From Escherichia phage vB_EcoP_PHB19: a stretch of DNA of 40,037 nucleotides. The notes under the pieces are model-generated. The model saw only the letters and a program-made list of their open reading frames with translations, had not been told where the DNA came from and did not search any database. A program made the translations under genes and the position numbers. Below are positions 31,020 through 39,849 of the stretch, piece by piece. The DNA is taken from the sequence record MN481365.1; one strand, written 5' to 3'. The first letter of the stretch is position 1, and every line of letters starts with the position of its first letter.

Positions 31020-31717
31020 TAAAAATCTCCGTCTGAGTCTTCTTCGTAAGAGCCTTCGTCGTCTTCGTCCCAGCTTTCTTCGTCGCGTGGTTTGCTCGCT
31101 TTGGCAGAACCAGAGGCAACATAGCCGTTCTCTTCAACTTCGTCAGCCCAATCGTCTTCACCGCCACCAAAGGTAGCCAGTTCGACCAGCATCACGGATT
31201 CCAGTTGCAGCTTAACGCTTGCACCCACAGCGGTGTTCCACTTGTACGGAACCAGAGAGTATTTGACTTTCAGCTTAGAGCCACCGCCGATAATCGGAAC
31301 GTCTTCCATCTTCTTACCTTTGGAGTCAACCACAACCAGATTGATGTGCTTGGTCTCTTTGGTCTTCTTGTCTTGGAAAGACGCGTAGCATTTAAACTTA
31401 AAGGTAGTCGTACCGTCACCGTTATCGAAGAACGGCATGTCACCTTCATACGGTTTCAGCGGTTTCTTACCACGAGCTACGGACGGCGGGTTAGCCTCAT
31501 ATTCCTCAACGGCAGCAGCATAAGCCTCTTCGTGACACTTCACGATTTCATCGACCATACGTTGACAACGCGGGTCTTTGTTGGGAATAGTCAGGTCAAC
31601 TTTGTAGACACCACGCGGGTTCCCAAAGCCACGCTCTTCGTTACCGTAGTCCGGCTTAGAGATGTAAGCGTAAGGTTCAGCAGTACCCAGTGCAGAGGTG
31701 AAAATCTTCTTAGCCAT
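31019..31717 (-). CDS. 2.5: Single-stranded DNA-binding protein
   Basis: 232 aa as in T7 gp2.5, with the acidic C-terminal tail ending DDEGSYEEDSDGDF. Confidence 0.97.
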   Translation of the reverse strand: MAKKIFTSALGTAEPYAYISKPDYGNEERGFGNPRGVYKVDLTIPNKDPRCQRMVDEIVKCHEEAYAAAVEEYEANPPSVARGKKPLKPYEGDMPFFDNGDGTTTFKFKCYASFQDKKTKETKHINLVVVDSKGKKMEDVPIIGGGSKLKVKYSLVPYKWNTAVGASVKLQLESVMLVELATFGGGEDDWADEVEENGYVASGSAKASKPRDEESWDEDDEGSYEEDSDGDF

Positions 31718-31750
31718 AATGTTAATCTCCTTTAGGTTTCGTTTAGTTTC

Positions 31751-31775
31751 TCAGAGGGAGTCTTCCCCAATAGTG
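31751..31775 (-). promoter_or_regulatory. T7 RNAP promoter phi2.5
   Basis: taatacgactcactattggggaaga on the coding strand (phi2.5-type start). Confidence 0.85.
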
Positions 31776-31782
31776 AGTCGTA

Positions 31783-32049
<267 letters not shown>

Positions 32050-32084
32050 CTATACACTCAGTCCACATCTTGTGGCACCATTCA

Positions 32085-32318
32085 CTAGGCTTTAAGATTG
32101 GCTTCATTAGCTTCCTCCAATCTCTTCAAGTACCACTGAGCCTTCTTCAAGTCCTCAGTAGGGTTAAACTTCTTCTCGTAACGCCACATGTATTTCAGTA
32201 CATTACCTTTAAGGAATCCTTTAAATGCCTCTTCTGTCATTGACGCGCGAATCGCGTCGAGACATTCAATTCCACCAGACGTGTAATGTTCTGGTTGGTT
32301 TACCATGTCTTTGCTCAT
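32085..32318 (-). CDS. Short gp1.7-like protein (77 aa), apparently only the conserved C-terminal core of the T7 nucleotide kinase gp1.7
   Basis: ...PEHYTSGGIECLDAIRASMTEEAFKGFLKGNVLKYMWRYEKK...DLKKAQWYLKRL matches the pattern of the T7 gp1.7 C-terminal region as I recall it; start overlaps the gene 1.6 stop (ATGA). Confidence 0.75.
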   Translation of the reverse strand: MSKDMVNQPEHYTSGGIECLDAIRASMTEEAFKGFLKGNVLKYMWRYEKKFNPTEDLKKAQWYLKRLEEANEANLKA

Positions 32319-32578
32319 CAGAACACCTCCTTGATTCGTTTGAGTAACAGACGGACGAACGGGAAGCGGGTCACTGCCACGCTAAGAACCGGACGTTTCT
32401 TGTCTATTGCTTTCTCGAAGTCACCACGAGTGATAATGATGTGGACGCTCGGTGCCAAAGGAACTGTGTTACCAATAAGAGGTAGCTTAGCTCGGCGCTC
32501 GCTCGCACATACGATCGAACGGTCAGCACGACGAACCGTGAAATTCTTAAGGCTTTTGTTGAAGTGAAGTCGGAACAT
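32318..32578 (-). CDS. 1.6: gp1.6
   Basis: Internal start [31 protein letters not shown]...; near-identical to T7 gp1.6. Confidence 0.9.
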   Translation of the reverse strand: MFRLHFNKSLKNFTVRRADRSIVCASERRAKLPLIGNTVPLAPSVHIIITRGDFEKAIDKKRPVLSVAVTRFPFVRLLLKRIKEVF

Positions 32579-32584
32579 ATAGTG

Positions 32585-32606
32585 TCTCCTATAGTGAGTC
32601 GTATTA
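32585..32606 (-). promoter_or_regulatory. T7 RNAP promoter phi1.6
   Basis: tctcctatagtgagtcgtatta. Confidence 0.85.
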
Positions 32607-32694
32607 AGCGTGACCATCGGGCATGTCGTCATCATTCTTAAAGTGAAGCGCAAGACATCCAATGATAATAATTAGTAATGGAAGTAAGTACATC
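32605..32694 (-). CDS. 1.5: gp1.5 (29 aa)
   Basis: Hand translation [30 protein letters not shown] between phi1.5 and phi1.6, same size and position as T7 gp1.5. Confidence 0.6.
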
Positions 32695-32704
32695 ATGAGG
32701 TGTA

Positions 32705-32726
32705 TCTCCTATAATGAGTCGTATTA
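32705..32726 (-). promoter_or_regulatory. T7 RNAP promoter phi1.5
   Basis: tctcctataatgagtcgtatta, one mismatch to consensus. Confidence 0.8.
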
Positions 32727-32727
32727 A

Positions 32728-32765
32728 ACGCAGAAAGGCCCACCTTTCGGTGAGCCAGTGTGGTT
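32728..32765 (-). terminator. TE early terminator for host RNA polymerase
   Basis: Coding strand ggctcacc-gaaa-ggtgggcc followed by tttctgcgttt, directly after ligase gene 1.3 as in T7. Confidence 0.85.
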
Positions 32766-33780
32766 ACATTTTCTCTTGAGGATTGTCCTCAGCGCCACGG
32801 AAGCAGGTGAATGAAGGATGTCTAAGGTTTCCATTAGGTGTTACCTCCATAAATCCAATTTGACAAGCCCACCCATTGTAGTAGTCCTCGCCATGTTCTT
32901 TAACGTTAGCTGTAAATTCATCCATCAGTTCCCGTGAGATGTTATTGGCATCGACTACACACCCGCTTTCTAGCAAGACACTAAAGCCAATAACTTTACC
33001 TTCGTTAGCAAGTCCTTCTGTGCCCCAGTTTACACCTTGAATGATGCCGTCAGCTTCCTCAAGAGGCTTAAGTTTCCACCAGCCGGACTTCTTGCCTCGC
33101 TTATAGATGCACATTGGGTCTTTCACAATGAGACCTTCATGTCCTTCCGCTCGCTTCTGCTCATACAGTTGCTGTAGTTCTACCATATCGTAGACCTCGT
33201 AAGACTCAGCCGCTTGCCATTCGATTTCAGGGAAGTATTCCTGTAGCAGAGGCAGCATGTTCTTAACGTGTTCCTGCATGAGTAACGTCATGACATCACA
33301 GTCTTCCCCTGATTCCACGATGTGCAGCGGGAGGATAGCGTACAGTTTGACACTCAGACGTTTGGTGTCCAACGCGAACTCAACCTTGGACCCCTTGAGT
33401 GGTGGCACACCGCCAACGTCGAACTCAAAGTTCTTCTTGTTGAGCCACTTGGTACGCAGTAGGCCGGACCCAGTGTTGAAGTCTACGCCTTTGACCATTA
33501 GTTCACCATCAAGCATAAAGCCATCTCTGTAGAAGCAGCGGTCGTCGCTCAGTAGACGCTTCCAGCGAACATCAAATCCGTTTAAGTGCTCCAGTGCCGG
33601 AATCGTTTTAGATACACGAGAGAGCCAGCAACTGTTAGCGGTATTGTCAACTACAATGTTACCACGAACTCCGTCATATTTTACATCACAAATAAGATAC
33701 CCAGCGTTGTCCAGAGCTTTCTTAATGGCAGACTCTACGAAAGACGTTGCTTTAAATGGGTTGGTCTTAATGTTCATCAT
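32764..33780 (-). CDS. 1.3: ATP-dependent DNA ligase
   Basis: 338 aa; adenylation motif KYDGVRG; T7 gp1.3 homolog but about 21 aa shorter through two internal deletions (from recalled T7 sequence). Confidence 0.96.
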   Translation of the reverse strand: MMNIKTNPFKATSFVESAIKKALDNAGYLICDVKYDGVRGNIVVDNTANSCWLSRVSKTIPALEHLNGFDVRWKRLLSDDRCFYRDGFMLDGELMVKGVDFNTGSGLLRTKWLNKKNFEFDVGGVPPLKGSKVEFALDTKRLSVKLYAILPLHIVESGEDCDVMTLLMQEHVKNMLPLLQEYFPEIEWQAAESYEVYDMVELQQLYEQKRAEGHEGLIVKDPMCIYKRGKKSGWWKLKPLEEADGIIQGVNWGTEGLANEGKVIGFSVLLESGCVVDANNISRELMDEFTANVKEHGEDYYNGWACQIGFMEVTPNGNLRHPSFTCFRGAEDNPQEKM

Positions 33781-33800
33781 AATATTTATCTCCTATTGGT

Positions 33801-33840
33801 TAAATGACTAAGGCCACTCAGTTAGAGCGACCTTAAGCAT
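33801..33840 (-). promoter_or_regulatory. RNase III site R1.3
   Basis: ctaaggccactcagttagagcgaccttaagc, conserved motif. Confidence 0.55.
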
Positions 33841-33863
33841 TGTCCCTTTAGTGAGTCGTATTA
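33841..33863 (-). promoter_or_regulatory. T7 RNAP promoter phi1.3
   Basis: taatacgactcactaaagggaca on the coding strand. Confidence 0.85.
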
Positions 33864-34133
33864 CTTCCAGTGCTGTAGGTCACTGTGTACCTTACGGAGC
33901 CATTCGGTCTGTGCATTACAGCGAACGTCTTCATCTGACTGCTCGAAACACTTAGCGGTCAGCATTAAGCCATCCCGCAATATCACTCGAAGTGTCTCAC
34001 CGGCAACCATCCGTCGCTGTTCGAAGTCCTCATAGCGATAAGTTTCAACGACCACATTTGCATCATAGTCTTCTTTAAGTCTCTCGATAGCGTCTTTGTA
34101 TGCTATTAAGTTGCCACTGTATAAACGTCCCAT
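33861..34133 (-). CDS. 1.2: gp1.2 (host dGTPase inhibitor in T7)
   Basis: Internal start MGRLYSGNL... as in T7 gp1.2; C-terminal half is divergent. Confidence 0.8.
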   Translation of the reverse strand: MGRLYSGNLIAYKDAIERLKEDYDANVVVETYRYEDFEQRRMVAGETLRVILRDGLMLTAKCFEQSDEDVRCNAQTEWLRKVHSDLQHWK

Positions 34134-34134
34134 C

Positions 34135-34263
34135 TTACTGACCATCCCAGCAGCGTTTATGAGCACGGGTGCGCATTGGTTTATTAAACTTGCGACCTTT
34201 GGTTGCCTCGAAGTCATGAGCGTTACGGTTGGAACGTTTTGTCATCTTTTCGAAGTTACGCAT
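34135..34263 (-). CDS. 1.1: gp1.1 (42 aa, basic)
   Basis: Hand translation MRNFEKMTKRSNRNAHDFEATKGRKFNKPMRTRAHKRCWDGQ, near-identical to T7 gp1.1. Confidence 0.8.
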   Translation of the reverse strand: MRNFEKMTKRSNRNAHDFEATKGRKFNKPMRTRAHKRCWDGQ

Positions 34264-34440
34264 ACTTAAAGTCCTCTCTTAGTAATCTTTAATTTAAATC
34301 TTTAATTAACACTTAAGGGTCTTAAAGTTAAACCTTAAGGTTCTCCTATAGTGAGTCGTATTAACAAGAAGAAGGTCAATCATAAAGGCCACTCGTTAAA
34401 GTGACCTTGAGTTTGTCCCTCTATAGTGAGTCGTATTAAT
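34264..34440 (-). other. Primary origin of replication region: AT-rich tract plus tandem promoters phi1.1B (34342..34363) and phi1.1A (34416..34438) flanking RNase III site R1.1 (34364..34415)
   Basis: Two consensus T7 promoters 75 bp apart with the ataaaggccactc...gaccttgag hairpin between them and an AT-rich tract before gene 1.1; same architecture as the T7 primary origin. Confidence 0.8.
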
Positions 34441-34446
34441 TCGCCA

Positions 34447-37098
34447 TCACGCAAACGCGAAGTCTGACTCTAAGATGTCTCGTAAATTCAAGTTACCTTT
34501 AGCCGGAAGTGCTGGCATTTTATCCAGTTGAGACTCATGTAACTGGTCCGCGAACTGGTTGTAGAAGTCTGCAAGCACATCGCAGGACTCGTAGGTGTCA
34601 ACCATCGTTTCACGAACAGCTTTGAAGAGGTTGGCAGCGTCAGCCGGAATGGTCCCGAAGGAGTCATGAATCAGTGCGAAAGATTCGATTCCGTACTTCT
34701 CATGCGCCCACACTACAGTCTTACGTAGGTGGCTACCGTCTTGGCTGTGTACAAAGTTAGGAGCGATACCAGACTCCTGCTTATGGGCATCAATCTCGCT
34801 GTCCTTGTTGGTGTTGATGGTCGGCTGTAAGCGGAACTGACCGAGGAACATCAAGTTCAAGCGAGTCTGAATTGGCTTCTTGTATTCTTGCCACACAGGG
34901 AAGCCATCAGGAGTTACCCAATACACCGCGCAACGCTTGCGAAGAATCTCACCAGTCTTCTTATCTTTGACCTCAGCAGCCAACAACTTAGCGGCAGACT
35001 TGAGCCAGTTCATGGCCTCTACAGCAGCCACTACGGTAACGCTCACTGATTCCCAAATCAGCTTAGCCATATACCCAGCAGCCTGATTGGGTTGCGTGAA
35101 CATCAGACCCTTACCGGAATCAATAGCTGGCTGTATGGTATCCTCAAGAACTTGCTGGCGGAATCCGAACTCTTTGGAACCATACGCCAGCGTCATTACT
35201 GAACGCTTAGTGACGCTACGAGTAACACCGTATGCCAGCCATTGACCAGCCAGCGCTTTAGTGCCCAGCTTGACTTTCTCAGAGATTTCGCCAGTGTTCT
35301 CGTCGGTCACGGTAACTACTTCGTTGTCTGTCCCGTTGATTACATCAGATTGCAGAATCTCGTTGACTTTCTTAGCGACAATCCCGTAGATGTCCTGAAC
35401 GGTTTCACTAGGTAGCAGGTTAACAGCACGACCACCCACCTCATCGCGGAGCATTGCGGAGAAGTGCTGGATACCGGAGCAAGACCCATCGAACGCCAGT
35501 GGCAGCGAGCAGTTGTAGCTCAGGCCGTGGTGCTGTACCCCAGCGTACTCAAAGCAGAACGCGAGGAAACAGAACGGAGAATCTTGCTCAGCCCACCAAG
35601 TGTTCTCCAGCGGAGACTTGGCGCAAGCCATGATGTTCTCGTGGTTATCCTCGATGAACTTGATGCGCTCAGGGAATGGAACCTTATCAACTCCCGCGCA
35701 GTTAGCACCGTGGATTTTCAGCCAGTAAAATCCTTCCTTGCCGATTGGTTTACCTTTAGCCAGTGTCAGCAGACCTTTTGTCATGTCGTTGCCTTGCGGG
35801 TTGAACATTGACACAGCGTACACACGACCGCGCCAGTCCATGTTGTAAGGGAACCAGATGGCCTTACGGTTAGCGAACTTGTTGGCTTGCTCCAGCATGA
35901 ACTCAAGGCTGATACGGCGAGACTTGCGAGCTTTGTCCTTACGGTACACAGCGGCAGCTGCACGTTTCCAAGCGGTCAGCGCCTCAGGATTCGTGTCGAT
36001 GTCTTCCGGTTTCATCGGGAGTTCTTCACGCTCAATCGAAGGAATGTCTTCTACAGGGCAGTGCTTCCACTTGGTTATCACGTTGGCGACCGCTAGGACT
36101 TTCTTGTTGATTTTCCAAGCGGTGTTTTGCGCAATGTTAATCGCTTTGTACACCTCAGGCATGTAAACATCTTCGTAGCGCATCAGTGCCTTCTTGCTGT
36201 GGGTGCGCACCAGTACCAGCGGACGGCGACCATTAGCCCAGTATCCACCACCAGTTACACCAGTCCAAGGTTTAGGCGGTACTATGCAAGGCTGATACAT
36301 CGGAGAGATACCAGCCAGTGCCCCAGCCCGTGTTGCGATAGCCTCAGCGTATTCGTGTGCCAGTTCGATAGTCTCAGAGTCTTGGCCCACTACGCCAGCA
36401 TTTTGGCGGTGAAGGCTAACCATTCCGGTTGACTCGATGAGCATCTCAATGCAGCGCACCCCTACGTGAATGGAGTCTTCCTTGTGCCATGTAGACCACG
36501 CCTCGCCACCGAGTAGACCCTTAGAGAGCATATCGGCCTCGACTACTTGCATGAATGCTTTCTTGTAGACATGCCCTACGCGCTTGTTTAGTTGTTCCTC
36601 AACGTTTTTCTTGAAGTGCTTAGCTTCTAGGTCACGGATTCGACCGAAGCGAGCTTCTTCCTCGATAGCCCGTCCGATGGCGCTTGCTACAGCCTGAACG
36701 GTTGTATTGTCCACGCTAGTTAGGCAAGCGAGAGTAGTCTTAATGGTAATATACGCTACAGATTCCGGCTTGATTCCTTGCAGGAACTGGAAAGCGGTTG
36801 GACGTTTGCCACGCTTAGCTTTCACTTCATCAAACCAGTCGTTGATGCGTGCAACCATCTTGGGCAGTAGAGTCGTAATCAGAGGTTTAGCAGCTGCATT
36901 GTCTGCAACCTCACCGGCCTTGAGTTGACGCTCAAACATCTTGCGGAAACGTGCTTCACCCATTTCGTAAGACTCATGCTCAAGGGCCAACTGCTCGCGA
37001 GCCAGACGCTCACCATAATGATCAGCCAGAGTGTTGAACGGGATAGCAGCTAGTTCGATGTCAGAGAAATCGTTCTTAGCGATGTTAATCGTGCTCAT
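34447..37098 (-). CDS. 1: Single-subunit DNA-directed RNA polymerase
   Basis: 883 aa, same length as T7 RNAP with only scattered substitutions (from recall). Confidence 0.99.
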   Translation of the reverse strand: MSTINIAKNDFSDIELAAIPFNTLADHYGERLAREQLALEHESYEMGEARFRKMFERQLKAGEVADNAAAKPLITTLLPKMVARINDWFDEVKAKRGKRPTAFQFLQGIKPESVAYITIKTTLACLTSVDNTTVQAVASAIGRAIEEEARFGRIRDLEAKHFKKNVEEQLNKRVGHVYKKAFMQVVEADMLSKGLLGGEAWSTWHKEDSIHVGVRCIEMLIESTGMVSLHRQNAGVVGQDSETIELAHEYAEAIATRAGALAGISPMYQPCIVPPKPWTGVTGGGYWANGRRPLVLVRTHSKKALMRYEDVYMPEVYKAINIAQNTAWKINKKVLAVANVITKWKHCPVEDIPSIEREELPMKPEDIDTNPEALTAWKRAAAAVYRKDKARKSRRISLEFMLEQANKFANRKAIWFPYNMDWRGRVYAVSMFNPQGNDMTKGLLTLAKGKPIGKEGFYWLKIHGANCAGVDKVPFPERIKFIEDNHENIMACAKSPLENTWWAEQDSPFCFLAFCFEYAGVQHHGLSYNCSLPLAFDGSCSGIQHFSAMLRDEVGGRAVNLLPSETVQDIYGIVAKKVNEILQSDVINGTDNEVVTVTDENTGEISEKVKLGTKALAGQWLAYGVTRSVTKRSVMTLAYGSKEFGFRQQVLEDTIQPAIDSGKGLMFTQPNQAAGYMAKLIWESVSVTVVAAVEAMNWLKSAAKLLAAEVKDKKTGEILRKRCAVYWVTPDGFPVWQEYKKPIQTRLNLMFLGQFRLQPTINTNKDSEIDAHKQESGIAPNFVHSQDGSHLRKTVVWAHEKYGIESFALIHDSFGTIPADAANLFKAVRETMVDTYESCDVLADFYNQFADQLHESQLDKMPALPAKGNLNLRDILESDFAFA

Positions 37099-37169
37099 TT
37101 TGTACCTCTTTCGGTCAGAAATCGTATCTATTCAGGCCACCCAGTCAGATGACCTGTAAGATAAGACTA

Positions 37170-38249
37170 TCATCCCATTAGCATTGCGTCAAGTTGCTTA
37201 TCAATGTTTAGCGGAAGACCATTAGCGATAGCCATCCGGTCAGCATTACGCCAGCGCAGCGAGATTCGCTCCTCAAGCGCCTTAAAGTCCCCAGAGAGCA
37301 TATTGACCCAGAGCATAGCGTTATTGGTTCTTCCGAGTACATCTACAGCTACCTCATGGTTACGCCGTTCTTGACGCTCGTTCATACGCCATAGTGCTGT
37401 TAGTCTTTCACGCTTAGCGCGGTGTGCCTTACGTGCCTTACGGTTAATGCGTTTGACTCTACGCGCTTGTAAGCGTCCCTCATGGCGTGCTTTACGCTCC
37501 TTGGCGCGGTCTATTGCTTTCTGGCGTGCGACCTCCTCGACTTCCTTAATGAGTTCCTCAGGGTCAATACTGAAAGCGCCACCGTCTTCCTTGTGTGAGA
37601 ATGACACAGGGTCGGTAATGTATGGTACATCATTATCGTCGAACATAATGTTACCGCTGTGCATGTCGAACGAAGCGATGCCCTCAAAGAACTTGCGGAT
37701 TAGCTTGCACGTCTCGACGAACTCCCCATCCCATCCAGTACGTTTGTCATACACATCCGAGTTATAATCAATAATGCCGCTTGCCATTGAAGCATACTTC
37801 TCATGATCCTCGTTATCGTAACGTTCGCAGTCGTTGAGAGCATCGAGAACCACCGTGTAACAGCCTGCATGACGCTGTACGTCGTAGACGTTAGGGATAC
37901 CAGCGCGACCCTGATACATGCGGCAGAATGCGATATACGCAGCGCCTGAATCCTCTTTCTTAAAGCCCACCTTAATCACTCTGTTAGGCAGCAATGGGTG
38001 GCTATAAGCAGCCGAGAAGTGACCATTACCGAGCATCTTAAACCCTGCGTCAGTCGTGAGACACTTTAAGGTAGTCCACCAGTCTTGAAATTCAAGCGGC
38101 TTATCCAGCTTGGTGATCTCTCCATCACACGTTTCACTGTTGACCATCTCGGCCAGCAAATCAATGAGCATACCTTGACGTTTATCAAGTTCACAGATTG
38201 GCAGTGCTTTGATTGCGTCGATAGCGTTCATGATGTCGATAGCGTTCAC
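37170..38249 (-). CDS. 0.7: Ser/Thr protein kinase and host shut-off protein
   Basis: 359 aa as in T7 gp0.7, including the native [13 protein letters not shown]-terminus. Confidence 0.96.
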   Translation of the reverse strand: MNAIDIMNAIDAIKALPICELDKRQGMLIDLLAEMVNSETCDGEITKLDKPLEFQDWWTTLKCLTTDAGFKMLGNGHFSAAYSHPLLPNRVIKVGFKKEDSGAAYIAFCRMYQGRAGIPNVYDVQRHAGCYTVVLDALNDCERYDNEDHEKYASMASGIIDYNSDVYDKRTGWDGEFVETCKLIRKFFEGIASFDMHSGNIMFDDNDVPYITDPVSFSHKEDGGAFSIDPEELIKEVEEVARQKAIDRAKERKARHEGRLQARRVKRINRKARKAHRAKRERLTALWRMNERQERRNHEVAVDVLGRTNNAMLWVNMLSGDFKALEERISLRWRNADRMAIANGLPLNIDKQLDAMLMG

Positions 38250-38277
38250 TTTGTGCGTTCTCCAGTGTTAAATGTGA

Positions 38278-38415
38278 TTAGATATTGTTGATCTTGCGGT
38301 TGATGCGCAGTTCACGCTTAAGGCGTTCGATACGTTGTTTCATTGCGAAGCCATCAGGTGTGCAAACTGTAGCGCCGTTCTTGGTGTGGATGGGCATAAC
38401 GTAATATTTCAGCAT
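38278..38415 (-). CDS. 0.6: gp0.6-like small protein
   Basis: Internal start MLKYYVMPIHTKNGATVCTPDGFAMKQRIERLKRELRINRKINNI, matches T7 gp0.6A. Confidence 0.7.
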   Translation of the reverse strand: MLKYYVMPIHTKNGATVCTPDGFAMKQRIERLKRELRINRKINNI

Positions 38416-38543
38416 TTGCGCAGTGCTCCCGTGATGATACAAGCGACCAAGTAAGAGCCTACAGCTACACCCAAAGACTTCCCAAAGGATGCACCTACAG
38501 CTAGACCCAGAGCGGTGAGTAGACCGATAGTAAGCATATACAT
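38409..38543 (-). CDS. 0.5: gp0.5 small membrane protein
   Basis: Hand translation MYMLTIGLLTALGLAVGASFGKSLGVAVGSYLVACIITGALRKC, as T7 gp0.5. Confidence 0.7.
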   Translation of the reverse strand: MYMLTIGLLTALGLAVGASFGKSLGVAVGSYLVACIITGALRKC

Positions 38544-38554
38544 TACTCCCGTAA

Positions 38555-38608
38555 GTAAAGTGATAATCATGAAGGCCACTCGCTAGGAGCGACCTTGAGC
38601 CTATCACT
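38555..38608 (-). promoter_or_regulatory. RNase III site R0.5
   Basis: catgaaggccactcgctaggagcgaccttgagcc. Confidence 0.55.
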
Positions 38609-38756
38609 CAGCAGACTCCAAGGCTATTGCCTTGTTGTTTTCGTACAGTTCCTTAAGGTGTGCCATTGCGAGCGACCAATCAAAGCCACAGCGCACCATG
38701 TCACTATAAAACAGTACAGTTTGAGCGGTCAGACCGTATTGCGTATCTTTAGCCAT
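38604..38756 (-). CDS. 0.4: gp0.4 (FtsZ inhibitor in T7)
   Basis: Hand translation [50 protein letters not shown]; start overlaps the ocr stop (TAATG). Confidence 0.8.
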   Translation of the reverse strand: MAKDTQYGLTAQTVLFYSDMVRCGFDWSLAMAHLKELYENNKAIALESAE

Positions 38757-39118
38757 TACTCTTCGCCCTCTTCGTACTCTTCAGACTCTTCGACTTCCTC
38801 AAGATACTCGTTCAGCAAATCTTCAGCGTCTTCCCAAAGGTCGATTGTGAGTTGCTCATAGATACGTGCTTGCAGGCTACGGATTACGTCCTTGGTGTCC
38901 GGCATCAGACCAGAGTCTTCGAACTCAAGGTCAATGCCCTCGCTTGCCATTACACTGAAAACGTCACTGTAATAGTGCGGAACAGCATTATCAGCCGCCA
39001 TATGCACTGCATCGTGCAGGTCATCAGTGTCACGAATGTCATCATAACGGATATTTTCTTTCAGCATTTCGTAAGCGTGATCGAAAACGTTGTTATAAGT
39101 CATGTTAGACATAGCCAT
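38756..39118 (-). CDS. 0.3: Ocr, DNA-mimic anti-restriction protein
   Basis: [36 protein letters not shown]... with acidic C-terminus, near-identical to T7 Ocr. Confidence 0.97.
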   Translation of the reverse strand: MAMSNMTYNNVFDHAYEMLKENIRYDDIRDTDDLHDAVHMAADNAVPHYYSDVFSVMASEGIDLEFEDSGLMPDTKDVIRSLQARIYEQLTIDLWEDAEDLLNEYLEEVEESEEYEEGEE

Positions 39119-39164
39119 TGTGCGTTACCTCATAGTGTGTGTGTATAGGTTAGTAGTGCATACC

Positions 39165-39230
39165 ATAAAGGGCATCTTGCGATACCCTTGAGCTATCCGC
39201 TACGTGTGTACACTCAAGAGCCGTTTACCA
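39165..39230 (-). promoter_or_regulatory. RNase III site R0.3
   Basis: Hairpin gctcttgag...ctcaagggtatcgc just upstream of ocr, as in T7. Confidence 0.6.
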
Positions 39231-39640
39231 GATTGTTAAAGAGCGTCTTAGTTTGTGCCTTGATAGGCCAGCTTACGCCAGCCTTGTTTCAATAATCCAA
39301 TACCTCTTTTACATCCCGTAAACTAACACCCAATGCAGAGGCTATAGCTTTAGCCGCACCCTGCTGTATGTGTCTCCTGTTAAGGGAGGGATTACCTTTC
39401 ATGTGTATAAAGTAGTCTACTTTTACTTTATCAGGTAACTGCAAGACCTCTCCTGTCTCCTTATTCCTTTTAAAACAAGGGCAAGAGTATACACCTTTAG
39501 CAAGCTCCCACTCATTTGAGTTAAAGATACTAAAAACTTCCTCAGTGTTTAACTTCTTAATACCAATTAAAGCCATGATAATTCACCTTTTGTCAGTTGA
39601 CCTATCAAGGCACAAACCAAATTGTTAAAGAGCATGTCGG
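39228..39640 (-). mobile_element. Inserted cassette relative to T7: ~20-bp imperfect direct repeats (39228..39244 and 39617..39633) bracketing perfect 16-bp inverted repeats (39252..39267 tttgtgccttgatagg; 39601..39616 cctatcaaggcacaaa) and one ORF
   Basis: In T7 the sequence taagacgctctttaacaatctgg directly follows gaaacctgacc; here that junction is split by a duplicated copy of the site plus the inverted-repeat-flanked cargo. Confidence 0.45.
39289..39576 (-). CDS. Hypothetical early protein (95 aa) with C-terminal helix-turn-helix-like segment, carried by the inserted cassette
   Basis: MALIGIKKLNTEEVFSIFNSNEWELAKGVYSCPCFKRNKETGEVLQLPDKVKVDYFIHMKGNPSLNRRHIQQGAAKAIASALGVSLRDVKEVLDY; AAGGTG Shine-Dalgarno 7 nt upstream of the ATG; same strand as all phage genes; AT-rich relative to flanks. 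Confidence 0.75.
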   Translation of the reverse strand: MALIGIKKLNTEEVFSIFNSNEWELAKGVYSCPCFKRNKETGEVLQLPDKVKVDYFIHMKGNPSLNRRHIQQGAAKAIASALGVSLRDVKEVLDY

Positions 39641-39702
39641 TCAGGTTTCGTTAGACCCTAGCGCGTTTCAGTGTTGCGCCTCACTGTCGTTTCATGTGGT
39701 AC

Positions 39703-39731
39703 ATCTTACAGCTTTTAAAGGAGGCTGTCAA
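39703..39731 (-). promoter_or_regulatory. Early sigma70 promoter (A3 position, variant -35/-10 spacer)
   Basis: Coding strand ttgaca-gcctcctttaaaagctg-taagat followed by gtaccacatgaaacgacagtgag, the downstream context of T7 A3. Confidence 0.7.
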
Positions 39732-39849
39732 CCTGTTATTCTTTTATGCGATGAGTGACCGAATTCGACTCATGGCTAGTGCCTTATCCTTGGTGGGTCG
39801 CGGGCAGGTTTCTCGGTTCCTATCCCTACACCCTTACTGCTTGTGGTAC

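Noticed and set aside
38208-38249. Apparent tandem duplication at the gene 0.7 N-terminus ([14 protein letters not shown])
   Set aside because: T7 gp0.7 itself begins [14 protein letters not shown], so the repeat is native to the family.
39768-39776. EcoRI site (gaattc) inside a palindrome in the early-promoter insert, as a sign of cloning or engineering
   Set aside because: A single 6-bp site is expected by chance, at least one other gaattc occurs in gene 12, and there is no vector-like sequence, polylinker or tag.
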